From positions 38,251 through 102,250 of the forward strand of contig JAHFFY010000002.1 in the NCBI GenBank assembly GCA_023247705.1: a stretch of DNA of 64,000 bases, written 5' to 3'. Source of the DNA: Candidatus Omnitrophota bacterium. GTDB taxonomy: Bacteria > Omnitrophota > Gorgyraeia > Zapsychrales > JAHFFX01. Within the stretch, counting starts at the first letter, position 1. The number at the start of each line of letters is the position of its first letter. Below the pieces are notes generated by a model that searched no databases, was not told the DNA's origin, and saw only the letters and a program-made list of their open reading frames with translations. Shown here piece by piece: positions 38,687 through 49,776 of the stretch. A program made the position numbers and the translations under genes.

Positions 38687-40279
38687 ATGACATTACGTGC
38701 GATTTTAAAATCGGTTCTTTGGTTCTTTGCGATTGTTCAGGCCATTGTTTTGGTATGTCTGACATTGACCGCGTATTGGCCTGAACCCTGCTGGTGGTTG
38801 GCGAATTTTTTACAAATTATGCCTGTATGGATTTTGGGGATACCGCTCTTCCTATCTTTTTTGATCGCTTTATGCCTTCTGGATATTCAACTCATTTTTT
38901 TTCATTGTTTTCTTTTCATTCTATTTGTTCTAGGCGTTTTGGGATATCAGATCCATTGGTTTGGTCGGCAAATTGTACGGGCACCGGATGTTTTAAGAAT
39001 TATTTCCTATAATATAGGAGAAGGCGTGCGGTTAGATGCCCTCAGCGAACTGATCCAGGAATTACAGCCGGATATTGTTGTCTTGCAGGAATGTGAAAAA
39101 GAACAGGCGAGTGCTTTGAATGCCCGCTTGGAGGATCCGCATTGGCAATGGTCAGTCCTCGATCAGTTGGGTTTGTTCAGCCGCTTGCCCATCTTGAACG
39201 GAGAACTTAAAAATTCTGATACCGTGAAAGAGCTAGAAGGGATGATGGCGCGTTATACATTAAAGACATCGGCAGGATTGATTTCTTTGCTCACTGTCCA
39301 TCTGGAAACCCCGCGTAAAGGGATACAGAAAATGCTATTAAAAGATCAGGGGCTGGCTGATTCGATGAGAAATTTTACGCAAACACAACAGAACGAATCT
39401 ATGATTGCCTCCCGGTGGGCGGCCAAACGCTCTCCTTTGATCGTGGCCGGAGATTTTAATATGAGCGTTAAAAATCCGAATTACCGAAAATATTGGTCCT
39501 ATCTGACGAACGCATTTTCATCCGCCGGACAAGGGTTGGGTTATACTAAATTTACAAAATATTTTGGTGCACGCATTGATCACATCCTGGTTGATCACCA
39601 CTGGCAGGTGAAGCAGGCATGGGTAGGTCCAAGTCTGGGAGGAGATCACCGTCCCATGATTGCGGATTTTATTTTGACTCAATCCGATGGGACCATCATA
39701 TTAGTCCCGGCCGAAACGACTCAAGGGGCACAATCCTCTGAAATAAATCCATCGCTGTTACCATCAGCCAATCGTGCCCCGCAACATCCGGAGGCCTTTG
39801 TTTTTGATCCTTTTGAGACGTCGCTGGGGAATTTTACATCTTCGAATGGAGCTGAGTTGATGCTTGATGCTTCCTCCAGTCATTCGGGAAATAGGTCCAT
39901 GCAGATATCGGCGAGGTCGTCTTCAGAGGCGGTTTCCGTTGAGACCAGCCAAAAAGACTGGAACATGAATGAATATCCATCGGTTAGTTTTGCCTACCGG
40001 ATCCCTGCGGGGACATCGGTCACCATGAGCGTGAAAACAATCTTCGGTGACTGGATCTGTCTGGGAAAAACAAAAGAGGCCAAATGCCAGGAGGCTGAAA
40101 GTCCTTCCAGCCTTCTGCTGACGGATGATGATCAGTGGCATGAAGTTAATATGGATGTGCGTTCCATCGTTAAGAGTGTTGTCTCGGCCGTCGAATTGCT
40201 TCAAGAATGGCAATGGAGGCTTTGGCCGACCGGCCAAGAGGAAAATTCTGTTTGGTTTGATGATTTTATAATCCGTTAG
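38687..40279 (+). CDS. Endonuclease/exonuclease/phosphatase family protein with C-terminal carbohydrate-binding-like domain
   Basis: SYN, LQE, GDFN, IDH, DH.P; C-terminal WFDDF. Confidence 0.8.
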   Translation: MTLRAILKSVLWFFAIVQAIVLVCLTLTAYWPEPCWWLANFLQIMPVWILGIPLFLSFLIALCLLDIQLIFFHCFLFILFVLGVLGYQIHWFGRQIVRAPDVLRIISYNIGEGVRLDALSELIQELQPDIVVLQECEKEQASALNARLEDPHWQWSVLDQLGLFSRLPILNGELKNSDTVKELEGMMARYTLKTSAGLISLLTVHLETPRKGIQKMLLKDQGLADSMRNFTQTQQNESMIASRWAAKRSPLIVAGDFNMSVKNPNYRKYWSYLTNAFSSAGQGLGYTKFTKYFGARIDHILVDHHWQVKQAWVGPSLGGDHRPMIADFILTQSDGTIILVPAETTQGAQSSEINPSLLPSANRAPQHPEAFVFDPFETSLGNFTSSNGAELMLDASSSHSGNRSMQISARSSSEAVSVETSQKDWNMNEYPSVSFAYRIPAGTSVTMSVKTIFGDWICLGKTKEAKCQEAESPSSLLLTDDDQWHEVNMDVRSIVKSVVSAVELLQEWQWRLWPTGQEENSVWFDDFIIR

Positions 40280-40429
40280 CTCATCACCTGAGGGATGCAT
40301 TAATTTTAGCAAAGTCAGCCAGCATTTTGGAATAGAACAATCAAGAGGCAAGGCGTTTTTGTTTATTTTGACTTCCTTTTATATCAAAGTATAATATCTG
40401 CCAATAAGAAACAGGAAAGAGGAGATTTT

Positions 40430-40693
40430 ATGTCGTTATTTACTGAAGAAAATATTCGTAAACTTTTTGGTCATGAAGCAGCTGAAGATGAAGATATTGA
40501 TAGGCTTAAAGAATACTATTTTAAAAACGATACTTATGCGCAAGTTGCTACTGACCTTCCATTTCGGATTTTAGTTGGGCATAAAGGGATTGGTAAATCT
40601 GCTTTGTTTCAAATCGCTATGGCAGAAGATAAAGAGGCTGTAAATGTTACCCGGGAATCTAACAAGAACAATGAAAAGAGTTTAGAATTCTAG
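40430..40693 (+). pseudogene. Truncated P-loop ATPase
   Basis: FG.EAAE.E...YYF...ILVGHKGIGKSAL then an early stop; AT-rich. Confidence 0.6.
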
Positions 40694-40994
40694 ACAATCA
40701 ATACGTTATTTTCTGACGGGACATAAATAAGTATCATTGATATAAACGTTTAAAATTATGAGTATTACCGCAATTCTACGGCTTTTTGTTGGCATTTAAT
40801 GGTCGACGTGTAGAGTAACATATTTTTGAGGCACAGCTTCGAGATTTTTTAGATTCGGGTAACATTATTTATGAGGCAACTCGCGTATAGAAGGAACATT
40901 GTTTTTATCGCCGACTGTGTTATAATATCCCCCTGCTGCCTATAAGAAAATTGAGGCAGATTTTTTTCAATACAACTGACCATTCCAGAAATTA

Positions 40995-42090
40995 ATGATT
41001 GAAGAGATAAAAAAAAAGTTGCAAGATCTAGATGAAAAGTTAAATCATCTTCGGGGGTTTCTTTGACCTGCCTCAGAAATTAAAAACCATTCATTCGATT
41101 CAAGAAAAGATGAACGATTCTGCCTTCTGGGACAACGCGGCTCAGGCCAACAGGATCATGCGGGAGTTGAAAGTTTTGAAGTCGACCGTTGATCCATTCG
41201 AAAAATCAGTCAAAAAGTTGTCTGATTTAAAGGAACTGACGGACATCTCTGATGAAGATGCCGAATTTTTAGTCCAGATTCAGAAGGATTTGAATGCGTT
41301 AACAAAAGAAATAGACCACCTAGAGATTCAAGCGATTTTGGGCGGGCCGTTTGATTCGAACAACGCGATTTTAAGCATCAATGCCGGTGCCGGCGGCACG
41401 GAATCCTGCGACTGGGCGCAAATGCTTTTACGGATGTATACGCGCTGGAGCGATCATAAGGAATATAAAATCAGCACGCTGGATATCCTGGCCGGAGAAG
41501 AGGCCGGAATCAAGAATGTGACTTTGCGCATTGAAGGAGAAATGGCGTACGGTCTTTTAAAAAGCGAAAAAGGCGTGCATCGTTTGGTGAGGGTTTCTCC
41601 TTTCGATGCCAATAAAAGACGACACACCTCTTTCGCTTCGGTCGATGTCATTCCTGAAATAGAAGATGATATCGAGGTGGAGATTAATCCGGATGATTTG
41701 CGCGTTGATGTTTTCCGTTCATCCGGTCCCGGCGGACAAAGCGTTAATACAACGGATTCGGCGGTAAGAATCACTCATCTGCCCAGCGGGATTGTCGTAC
41801 AGTGCCAGAACGAGCGTTCACAGCTTCAGAACCGGCAGACGTGCATGAAAATCCTGCGTGCCAAACTGTATGAATTAAAACGCAAGGAACAAGAAGACCG
41901 AATGGCCTCAGAGTACGGGGAAAAGCAGAAGATTGAATGGGGTAGTCAGATCCGTTCTTATGTCATGCATCCCTATTCTATGGTCAAAGATCACCGCACG
42001 GATGAAGAAACCGCTCAGGTCCAAAAGGTCATGGATGGGGAGATCGATCAGTTCATAGAATCTTTTCTCAAGATGAAACCTGTTCCTTAA
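40995..42090 (+). CDS. prfB: Peptide chain release factor 2, programmed +1 frameshift at 41061-41067
   Basis: ATG 40995...CGG GGG TTT CTT TGA C; SPF and GGQ motifs in the +1 frame. Confidence 0.97.
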
Positions 42091-42126
42091 ATGATTAACA
42101 AACTTAGGAAGGAGGGCATCAAGGAT

Positions 42127-42654
42127 ATGAAAAAGAATCTTATTTTATTGTTCGTCGTGGCCATCGTATTACAAACATCTTTATCGTTTGGGGCGGAGAC
42201 CAATGGTTTTAAGAGGATTAAGAATCATAGAAACCGTTTCGTTAAATTGCTGGAACAACAATATGACAAATATCTAAAAGCGTCTACGCAAGGGGATGCC
42301 GAGGCTTATAAACAGATCATGACGAACGAAACTGTCTCTAGGATGGAGGAATACATCAAGATGCAGAAGCTGGCGAATGATTTGTCGTCGTTTTTAAAGG
42401 ATTTCGCTAAGAATAATCCCGATTATCGGCAATTCAAATTTGCCTTTTGCGATCAGGGAGAACAGCTTTCCAGAGTCGCTTATCAGCGCCTGGGAACAGA
42501 AAACCCGGCGACTAAAAAAAAGCCATTAGAGTTTTTTGTTATGTTTTTTCAATTTGAAAATAATGAATGGAAGATGAGTTATAACGTGCAAAGCTGGATC
42601 CCGGAAACTAACGAAGATGGATCAAAGGCTAGCGTTGAGCAAGTCTTAAAGTAA
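42127..42654 (+). CDS. Secreted hypothetical protein (NTF2-like?)
   Basis: Signal peptide; F..EN.EWK. Confidence 0.55.
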   Translation: MKKNLILLFVVAIVLQTSLSFGAETNGFKRIKNHRNRFVKLLEQQYDKYLKASTQGDAEAYKQIMTNETVSRMEEYIKMQKLANDLSSFLKDFAKNNPDYRQFKFAFCDQGEQLSRVAYQRLGTENPATKKKPLEFFVMFFQFENNEWKMSYNVQSWIPETNEDGSKASVEQVLK

Positions 42655-42680
42655 GGAAATAATCGTTATCAAGTAAAATT

Positions 42681-45656
42681 ATGTTCGATTTTATTGTTCG
42701 TCGTCCTATAATTCAATCCGCGCAGAATTTTATCGATCAATTGAATCCCAAAATTCAAGTGCATATCCCCCAAGACCTCCCTTTGCCATCGGTGAGTGTC
42801 ATCAAAAAGGTGTGCGCTCTCGTCTCGCAAATCAATGCCTTAGAGTCCCGAGTCAGTCAATGTACGGACGACCAATTAAAAGCCAAAACCGCAGAGTTTA
42901 AATCAAAGATCAACGAAGCGATGAAAAGTTCTGAAGAAGAGTTGCGGCGGGTCCAATCCGTTGTGAATGATTCTGCTCCCGAGATGAACCAGGAAGAATT
43001 GCTGCAGATGATTTCTACGGCCAAAGATGATTTGAAAAAGAAGCGGCAGGCCATTCTTGACGAGATCTTGCCGGACGCCTTCGCGATTGTGCGGGAAGTC
43101 GGACGGCGTATTCTGTCGATGCGTCATTTCGATATCCAACTGGTTGGAGGGATTGTTCTGCATAAAGGAAATATCTCAGAGATGATGACCGGGGAAGGAA
43201 AAACCTTGGTGGCGACCCTTCCGGCGTATCTTAACGCGTTAACCGGGCAAGGCGTCCATGTGGTGACGGTCAACGATTACCTGGCCAAGCGCGATCGCGA
43301 ATGGATGGGACCGATTTACGAATTTTTGGGATTGACAGTCGGTGTCATTCAGCATGACATGAATCCGAATGAACGGCAGAAGGCGTATCAGTGTGACATC
43401 ACCTACGGGACCAATAATGAATTCGGGTTCGATTATCTCCGGGACAATATGATCAACTATAAAGAAGAGATGGTTCAGCGCGGGCACCATTTCGCGATCG
43501 TCGATGAGGTGGACAGCATTTTGATCGACGAAGCCCGGACCCCGTTGATCATTTCCGGTCCTGCGGAAGAATCAACGGACAAATATTACCGGGCCAACGA
43601 AATTGCCAAACAATTGCGCGGACGACGGATCACGGAAAAAGAAGAGATTGAAGCGAAATATAAAAATGAGGATTTATACAAGGGTCATGATTATGTCGCG
43701 GATGAGAAAGGCCGGTCCATTTCTTTAAGCGAGGACGGCGAACGGAAGGCCGCCCGGGCTTTTGGTGTTGAAAACCTGCATGAAATGGAAACGATCGAGT
43801 ACCGCCATCATATATTGCAGTCTCTGAAGGCCAAGGAATTTTTTAATCTGGATGTCGATTATGTGATCCGGGACGGGAAAGTTATAATTGTCGATGAATT
43901 TACCGGACGCATGATGCCGGGCCGCCGCTGGTCCGACGGTTTGCACCAGGCGGTCGAGGCCAAGGAAGGCATCCGCATCGAGCGAGAAAATCAGACGTTA
44001 GCCACCATTACCCTGCAGAATTATTTCAGAATGTATGAGAAGCTTTCCGGGATGACCGGTACGGCCTATACCGAGGCCAATGAATTCAAGCAGATTTATA
44101 ATCTGGACTGTGTGGTGATTCCGCCGAACCGTATCCTGCGCCGGACGAATTACGCGGATTGTATTTATCGCAGCACCCGGGAAAAATTTCAAGCGGTCGT
44201 GGAAGAGATCGCGGAACTCCACAAAAAAGGACAACCTGTCTTGGTGGGGACAATCTCCATCGAGAAATCCGAATTGGTTTCAAAATTGTTAAAGGCCCGG
44301 GGCATTCCGCACCAGGTGCTCAACGCCAAATATCATGATTTGGAAGCGCATATCATCGCGCAGGCCGGACGTTATAAAGCCGTGACGATCGCCACCAATA
44401 TGGCCGGACGCGGAACCGACATTGTCCTGGGCGGTAACGCCGAACATCTCGCCAAAAGCCTTTTAGAACAAAAGATGAAAGAATCTCAGGATGAAACTTC
44501 GGCCAATGAGTTATTGGCTAAATTTTTGAAACAGTTTAAAGGTCAGGTCGAGGAAGAACACAAGAAGGTCGTTGAGTTGGGCGGTCTGCACGTCCTCGGG
44601 ACGGAGCGCCACGAATCCCGCCGCATCGACAACCAGCTGCGCGGACGTTCCGGTCGCCAGGGCGATCCGGGCGCTTCCCGGTTTTATGTTTCTCTGGAAG
44701 ACGATTTGATGCGGCTTTTTGCCTCGGACCGGATGGTCAATATTATGGACAAGCTGGGGATGGAGGAAGGCCAGGTCATTGAACATCCTCTGGTCAGCCG
44801 GGCGATTGAAGTCGCGCAAAAGCGTGTGGAGACCCATAATTTTGAAATCCGCAAACAATTGATCGAATATGATAACGTCATGAATAAACAGCGGGAGGCG
44901 ATCTATTCGTTGCGTCAGCGGGTCCTAGAATCGGAGAATGTCAAGAAAGAGGTTATTGAGGCGCTGGAAGATACTGTCTTTAAAATGGTCGCGCAGCATG
45001 TTGCTTTGGTCCAGGAGAACGGCGGATGGGATATCGAAGGACTTTTGGCTTATCTGACGGGAAAATTCGGACTTGATCTATCCGCACAGCGCAATGAATT
45101 TGTCGTAATGTCCAAGGAAGATCTGCAGGACTTCCTTGCGAAGCGTATCGTCGATCTTTATGAATTAAAAGAAAAGGAACTCTCCCCGGAAGAATTACGT
45201 CAACTGGAAAAATTCGTCATGCTGCACACGATCGATTCGAAATGGAAGGATCATCTCTACGCCATGGACCAATTGAAAGATGGTGTAGGCTTAAGGTCTT
45301 TTGCCAGCCGCGATCCGTTAATCGAATATAAGCGCGAAGGATTTTTTCTCTTTTCGATGATGTATGAATCCATCAATCAGGAGGTCGCGGAGACGATCTT
45401 TAATGTTCAGCCGATCAAACAGGAACGAATGTTAAAAGGGGTTTTTAGTTCTTTGCCGCAGAATTTGGTCCATAATGATTTTTCGAGTCTTGCGCACAGA
45501 GAGTCTCCTCTCCCGGCGTCCTCAACTCCCGAACCCAATCAATCCGCCGAACCCGTCGCGACCGCTCCTTATCAGAAAGAAGGACCCAAGGTCGGCCGCA
45601 ACGCCCCTTGTCCCTGCGGGAGCGGCAAAAAATATAAAAAATGCTGCGGAGCCTAG
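42681..45656 (+). CDS. secA: Preprotein translocase SecA
   Basis: MMTGEGKT, DEVDS, TNMAGRGTDI, SEC-C CPCGSGKKYKKCC. Confidence 0.98.
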   Translation: MFDFIVRRPIIQSAQNFIDQLNPKIQVHIPQDLPLPSVSVIKKVCALVSQINALESRVSQCTDDQLKAKTAEFKSKINEAMKSSEEELRRVQSVVNDSAPEMNQEELLQMISTAKDDLKKKRQAILDEILPDAFAIVREVGRRILSMRHFDIQLVGGIVLHKGNISEMMTGEGKTLVATLPAYLNALTGQGVHVVTVNDYLAKRDREWMGPIYEFLGLTVGVIQHDMNPNERQKAYQCDITYGTNNEFGFDYLRDNMINYKEEMVQRGHHFAIVDEVDSILIDEARTPLIISGPAEESTDKYYRANEIAKQLRGRRITEKEEIEAKYKNEDLYKGHDYVADEKGRSISLSEDGERKAARAFGVENLHEMETIEYRHHILQSLKAKEFFNLDVDYVIRDGKVIIVDEFTGRMMPGRRWSDGLHQAVEAKEGIRIERENQTLATITLQNYFRMYEKLSGMTGTAYTEANEFKQIYNLDCVVIPPNRILRRTNYADCIYRSTREKFQAVVEEIAELHKKGQPVLVGTISIEKSELVSKLLKARGIPHQVLNAKYHDLEAHIIAQAGRYKAVTIATNMAGRGTDIVLGGNAEHLAKSLLEQKMKESQDETSANELLAKFLKQFKGQVEEEHKKVVELGGLHVLGTERHESRRIDNQLRGRSGRQGDPGASRFYVSLEDDLMRLFASDRMVNIMDKLGMEEGQVIEHPLVSRAIEVAQKRVETHNFEIRKQLIEYDNVMNKQREAIYSLRQRVLESENVKKEVIEALEDTVFKMVAQHVALVQENGGWDIEGLLAYLTGKFGLDLSAQRNEFVVMSKEDLQDFLAKRIVDLYELKEKELSPEELRQLEKFVMLHTIDSKWKDHLYAMDQLKDGVGLRSFASRDPLIEYKREGFFLFSMMYESINQEVAETIFNVQPIKQERMLKGVFSSLPQNLVHNDFSSLAHRESPLPASSTPEPNQSAEPVATAPYQKEGPKVGRNAPCPCGSGKKYKKCCGA

Positions 45657-47224
45657 TTTCTTCCTCGCGAACAGTATTTAAAGATTTTATTCTGATCGTT
45701 TTATCCTGCCTGTTATTAAGGTTGTCTTTTCCTCCCTGGGATTTTTTCTTTTTATCGTGGTTCTGTTTTGTTCCATTCTTATTGGTCCTTGACCGGAAAA
45801 AACCGTGGGGTGCCTTCGGGGCCGGTTATCTGATGGGGATTCTTTTTTTCAGCACGACGCTGTATTGGTTTATTCACGTTACTTTGCCCGGGGTGATCCT
45901 GATTATTCTTTATCTCTCTTTGTATTTCGCTTTGTTCGCGTTGGCTTATGCGTTATTGATCCCTTATACGCCCCAAAAAATCGTCGGTGCAAAAAAGCAG
46001 ATCAATCCTCAACGAAGTTTCTGGTTTGAATTGATTTTAATTCCGAGCCTATGGGTTGGGCTGGAATATATCCGCGGTCATCTTTTCACTGGATTCGGTT
46101 GGGTGTGCTTAGGCCATTCACAATATAAAAATTTGTGGATCAGCCAGGTGGCAGACATCACCGGTGTCGGTGGAGTATCGTTTTTTATCATGCTGGTGAA
46201 TCGCGTGATCACGCAGTGGGTCGTCGTTTGCATGATCCCAAAAAGCAAAGCCCGGCCAAGTCTTCGCCATGAGTCGTTGGCCATCGGCATATTAATTTGT
46301 CTGGTGTTGGGTTATGGTTTGTTCCGTCAACAGCAGACCGATCACGAGCCGGAAATTTCGGTGGCTGTGGTTCAGGCCAACATTCCGCAAGAGGAAAAAT
46401 GGGTGCGTTCGAACTGGCCGCGCATCATGCAGAAATATTTTGATCTCACGACCCGAGTGTCTGCACTGCAGCCTCGACCCGAATTGATCCTTTGGCCGGA
46501 GACAGCATTCCCGGGTTTCATCTGGGAAGCGCCGGATCTCTTTGTTGATCTCAAGGACCTGGTCATTGACATCAAGACGCCGCTTCTTTTAGGGGCCGTC
46601 ACACAGAGGCAGGAACAATATTATAATTCGGCCCTGATGATTTCGACGCAAGGGCAGGTCAGCGAACAGTATGACAAACTGCATCTGGTCCCGTTCGGAG
46701 AATATGTGCCGTTGCGCAACGTCTTTCCGTTTCTGGCGGACATTATTCCCATTGGGGACTTTACCCCCGGAGACCAGTATACAATTTTTTTTCTTCCCAA
46801 ATCGCGGGAGATCCGTTATTCATTCTCGACGATGATTTGTTTCGAAGATACGCTTCCGTGGATTGCGAGGGGATTCGTGCAGCGCGGAGCGCAGTTTCTG
46901 ATTAACATCACCAATGACGCGTGGTTTTTAGACACGGTTGCGCCGTGGTTGCACCTGCAGGCCTCGGTTTTCCGGGCGATCGAAAACCATCGCACCCTCA
47001 TCCGCGCGGCCAATACCGGGGTGAGTTGTTTTATCGACCCTTTGGGACGAATTTACAAAACGCTTACGAATGATCGTGATAAAGCAACGTTTATTGAAGG
47101 CATCGCGGCCGCGAAGATCCTTTTGAGTTCCCAAAAAACGATCTACACAAAAATAGGAGATCTTTTTACACATTTATGTTTTGGATGTATACTATGTGGG
47201 GTTTTGTGTAAGAAGAGGGATTAA
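45641..47224 (+). CDS. lnt: Apolipoprotein N-acyltransferase
   Basis: WPETA, K.HLVPFGEY, ICFED, TNDAWF. Confidence 0.95.
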   Translation: MLRSLVSSSRTVFKDFILIVLSCLLLRLSFPPWDFFFLSWFCFVPFLLVLDRKKPWGAFGAGYLMGILFFSTTLYWFIHVTLPGVILIILYLSLYFALFALAYALLIPYTPQKIVGAKKQINPQRSFWFELILIPSLWVGLEYIRGHLFTGFGWVCLGHSQYKNLWISQVADITGVGGVSFFIMLVNRVITQWVVVCMIPKSKARPSLRHESLAIGILICLVLGYGLFRQQQTDHEPEISVAVVQANIPQEEKWVRSNWPRIMQKYFDLTTRVSALQPRPELILWPETAFPGFIWEAPDLFVDLKDLVIDIKTPLLLGAVTQRQEQYYNSALMISTQGQVSEQYDKLHLVPFGEYVPLRNVFPFLADIIPIGDFTPGDQYTIFFLPKSREIRYSFSTMICFEDTLPWIARGFVQRGAQFLINITNDAWFLDTVAPWLHLQASVFRAIENHRTLIRAANTGVSCFIDPLGRIYKTLTNDRDKATFIEGIAAAKILLSSQKTIYTKIGDLFTHLCFGCILCGVLCKKRD

Positions 47225-47379
47225 GGATACAAAGAGTATTTGTATAGATAAACTGATCTCGGAATGAATGAAAAAGATTCATCCAAGATTTTACGCGTGT
47301 GTCTCGACGTGTCATAAAGGACGTTTTTTCAATCGAGCGCATCCGCGTCAATCCTACAACCACAACGGAGGAATCAGGA

Positions 47380-48117
47380 ATGGAGGATGAAAAGGAATTG
47401 AAATTAAGACGCAACATCATGACTGTCCTGACATGTTTATGGCTTGTGGCCTACCTCTTTACCCTCGGGATGGATCACTTTATGTCGGTGTATGAATATC
47501 CTTTTGTCTCGTTCTTTTTATTGTTATGGCTCATCGGGATGATTGTTGTTTCCAGAAATAAGGAGTGGGGAAGAAAACTGATCGTGGTCACCAGCGTGTT
47601 CATGTGTTTTTATCTCATGGCGGACATGGCGGCCTTTGATGTTTATTCGATCGCGTTGATTTTGATTTTTGTCGTGATCATTGTTTTTTATATCCTGCCC
47701 AAGACCAAAGCCCAATTCCAAGTCAACGACGGAATTTTATCCAAAGGACACAACAGGAAAATTCTGGTTGTCGATGACGATAAGGGGCTTTTAAAAATGA
47801 TCCGGTCCCAGTTAATGTACAACGGGTTCGATGTGATCACCGCGGATACCGGAGAAAAAGGTTTGAGTCTGGCCAAGACCAAGAAACCGGATTTAATTAT
47901 CCTGGATGTGATTCTTCCCGGGATGAAAGGCCGGCAGGTATGTGCTCAGCTTAAACGGGATTCCGACACCAAAAATATTCCGGTCTTGTTTTTGACCGCC
48001 AAAGATTCCCCGGATGACGTGAAAGCGGAATTGGAAGCGGGGGCCGTCACCCATCTGACCAAGCCGGTTGATTTAAAGAAATTGTTGACCGAGGTCATCA
48101 GAATTCTGGCGTTATAA
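47380..48117 (+). CDS. Four-TM membrane protein fused to a receiver domain
   Basis: Hydrophobic N-half; VDDD, LD..LP, TA, KP. Confidence 0.85.
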   Translation: MEDEKELKLRRNIMTVLTCLWLVAYLFTLGMDHFMSVYEYPFVSFFLLLWLIGMIVVSRNKEWGRKLIVVTSVFMCFYLMADMAAFDVYSIALILIFVVIIVFYILPKTKAQFQVNDGILSKGHNRKILVVDDDKGLLKMIRSQLMYNGFDVITADTGEKGLSLAKTKKPDLIILDVILPGMKGRQVCAQLKRDSDTKNIPVLFLTAKDSPDDVKAELEAGAVTHLTKPVDLKKLLTEVIRILAL

Positions 48118-48171
48118 TTTTGCAGAAGATCAGGAAAGAGATTAAATACCGAAGGACTAGGACATGAAACA

Positions 48172-48549
48172 ATGAAAAATTCTAAGAAATGCATTCTCGT
48201 CGTGGATGATGATCGGGCACTTCTGAAAATGGTCCGTTCGGGATTAATGTATCAAGGGTATGATGTGCATACCGCCTCCAGCGGAGAGAAGGGTTTAAGA
48301 ACAGCCCAACAAAAAAAACCGGATTTGATTATTCTGGATGTTCTTCTTCCGGGGATCAAGGGACGAGAGGTCTGTTCGCGTTTAAAAGAAGATAATGAAA
48401 CCAAAGACATCCCGATTGTTTTTTTGACCGCCAAGAATTCTCCGGACGATGTGCGGGCCGAGTTGGAAGCGGGCGCGATCGCCCATTTGACCAAACCGGT
48501 CAGCATTCAAGGCTTGGTTAATGAGATCCAAAAAATTTTAGGCGTATAA
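48172..48549 (+). CDS. Stand-alone response regulator receiver
   Basis: VDDD, LDVLLP, TA, KP. Confidence 0.9.
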   Translation: MKNSKKCILVVDDDRALLKMVRSGLMYQGYDVHTASSGEKGLRTAQQKKPDLIILDVLLPGIKGREVCSRLKEDNETKDIPIVFLTAKNSPDDVRAELEAGAIAHLTKPVSIQGLVNEIQKILGV

Positions 48550-48704
48550 TTGTTGATCCCGCGTGAAGCGGTTATATGGGAATTTCCGGCAGCTGTTGTG
48601 ATGGAAAGTTACTTCAAGCCGTTGACGCAGCGGCGGTTTTTCTAGAATTTTAAGCTCCCCTTCAGAAATTAAAAGGGGATTTTTAATTAAAGACATGGGA
48701 AATT

Positions 48705-49622
48705 ATGGCGAAAAAAGAAGCCAAGGAATTTAAAAGGACGCTGGCCCGCAATAGTCTGTATTTTTTTTCCGGGCTCTTTAATGCGTTGCCCTATTCAGTC
48801 GTCCGTGCATTGACGCGTTTTTTCATTGAGATCGGGTTTCGCTGCACGAAACATCAGCGTAAAATCGCGAAGGAAAGTTTGCAGATCGCTTTCGGTCAGG
48901 AAAAAAACGAAGGCGAAATTAACAAGATCATCCGCGAGTGTTTTGAGAATTTCGGTCAGGGGATGATTGACTTAATCTATTTCATGGGGCATCCTAAGAT
49001 GATCGAGGAGCATGTTTTTTTTGAAGGGCAGGAACATTTAGATCAGGCGTTAAAGGAAGGCCGCGGTGTCATTGCGGTCAGTGCCCATTTCGGAAATTTT
49101 CCATTAATGCTTCTGCGTTTCGCGCGATCCGGTTATAAGACCAACGCGATCATCCGCCAGACGCGCGATCTGGAGGTGGAGGAATATTTCTTAAATCAGC
49201 GCAGGAAGATGGGGCTCAATACGATTTATAGCCATCCTCGTCAGGAATGTGTCGAGTCATCGATCAAGGCCTTGCGGAATAATGAAATTGTTTTTGTCCT
49301 GCTGGATCAAAATTTCGGCAGCGGGCGCGGGGTGTTCGTGGATTTCTTTGGGCAAAAGGCCGCCACGGCGACCGGGCCGGTTATTTTCGCCATGCGGACC
49401 AAATCGGTCATTCTTCCGATCTTTGTCGTCCGGCAGAAAGACAGCCGGCATAAGGTGATGATTGATCCTCCATTCATCCTGGAGGACAGAGCGGATGAAA
49501 AAGAGATGGTGCAGGTCAATATCACCAGAATTACTCAGATCATTGAACAATATATCCGTCGGTATCCTGAGCAATGGGGATGGATGCACCGGCGGTGGAA
49601 AACGAGGCCGCAAGATGATTAA
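48705..49622 (+). CDS. Lipid A late acyltransferase (LpxL/HtrB family)
   Basis: AHFGNF, LDQ, V.FFG, PEQW.WMHRRWK. Confidence 0.9.
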   Translation: MAKKEAKEFKRTLARNSLYFFSGLFNALPYSVVRALTRFFIEIGFRCTKHQRKIAKESLQIAFGQEKNEGEINKIIRECFENFGQGMIDLIYFMGHPKMIEEHVFFEGQEHLDQALKEGRGVIAVSAHFGNFPLMLLRFARSGYKTNAIIRQTRDLEVEEYFLNQRRKMGLNTIYSHPRQECVESSIKALRNNEIVFVLLDQNFGSGRGVFVDFFGQKAATATGPVIFAMRTKSVILPIFVVRQKDSRHKVMIDPPFILEDRADEKEMVQVNITRITQIIEQYIRRYPEQWGWMHRRWKTRPQDD

Positions 49623-49776
49623 AAAATTTTTGATTATGCTCATCGGAGTTTGCCTGCTGGTCACGGGGATTTCATTGATTTTAATTCACTGGGCTTCTTT
49701 GGTCGTGGTTTTTAAAGGCGTGATCGGGATGATTCTAGCCCTGGCCGGGCTGCTGGTGTTGATGTTGATAAAATGA
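49615..49776 (+). CDS. Small two-TM membrane protein
   Basis: 53 aa hydrophobic ORF overlapping both neighbours. Confidence 0.6.
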   Translation: MIKKFLIMLIGVCLLVTGISLILIHWASLVVVFKGVIGMILALAGLLVLMLIK

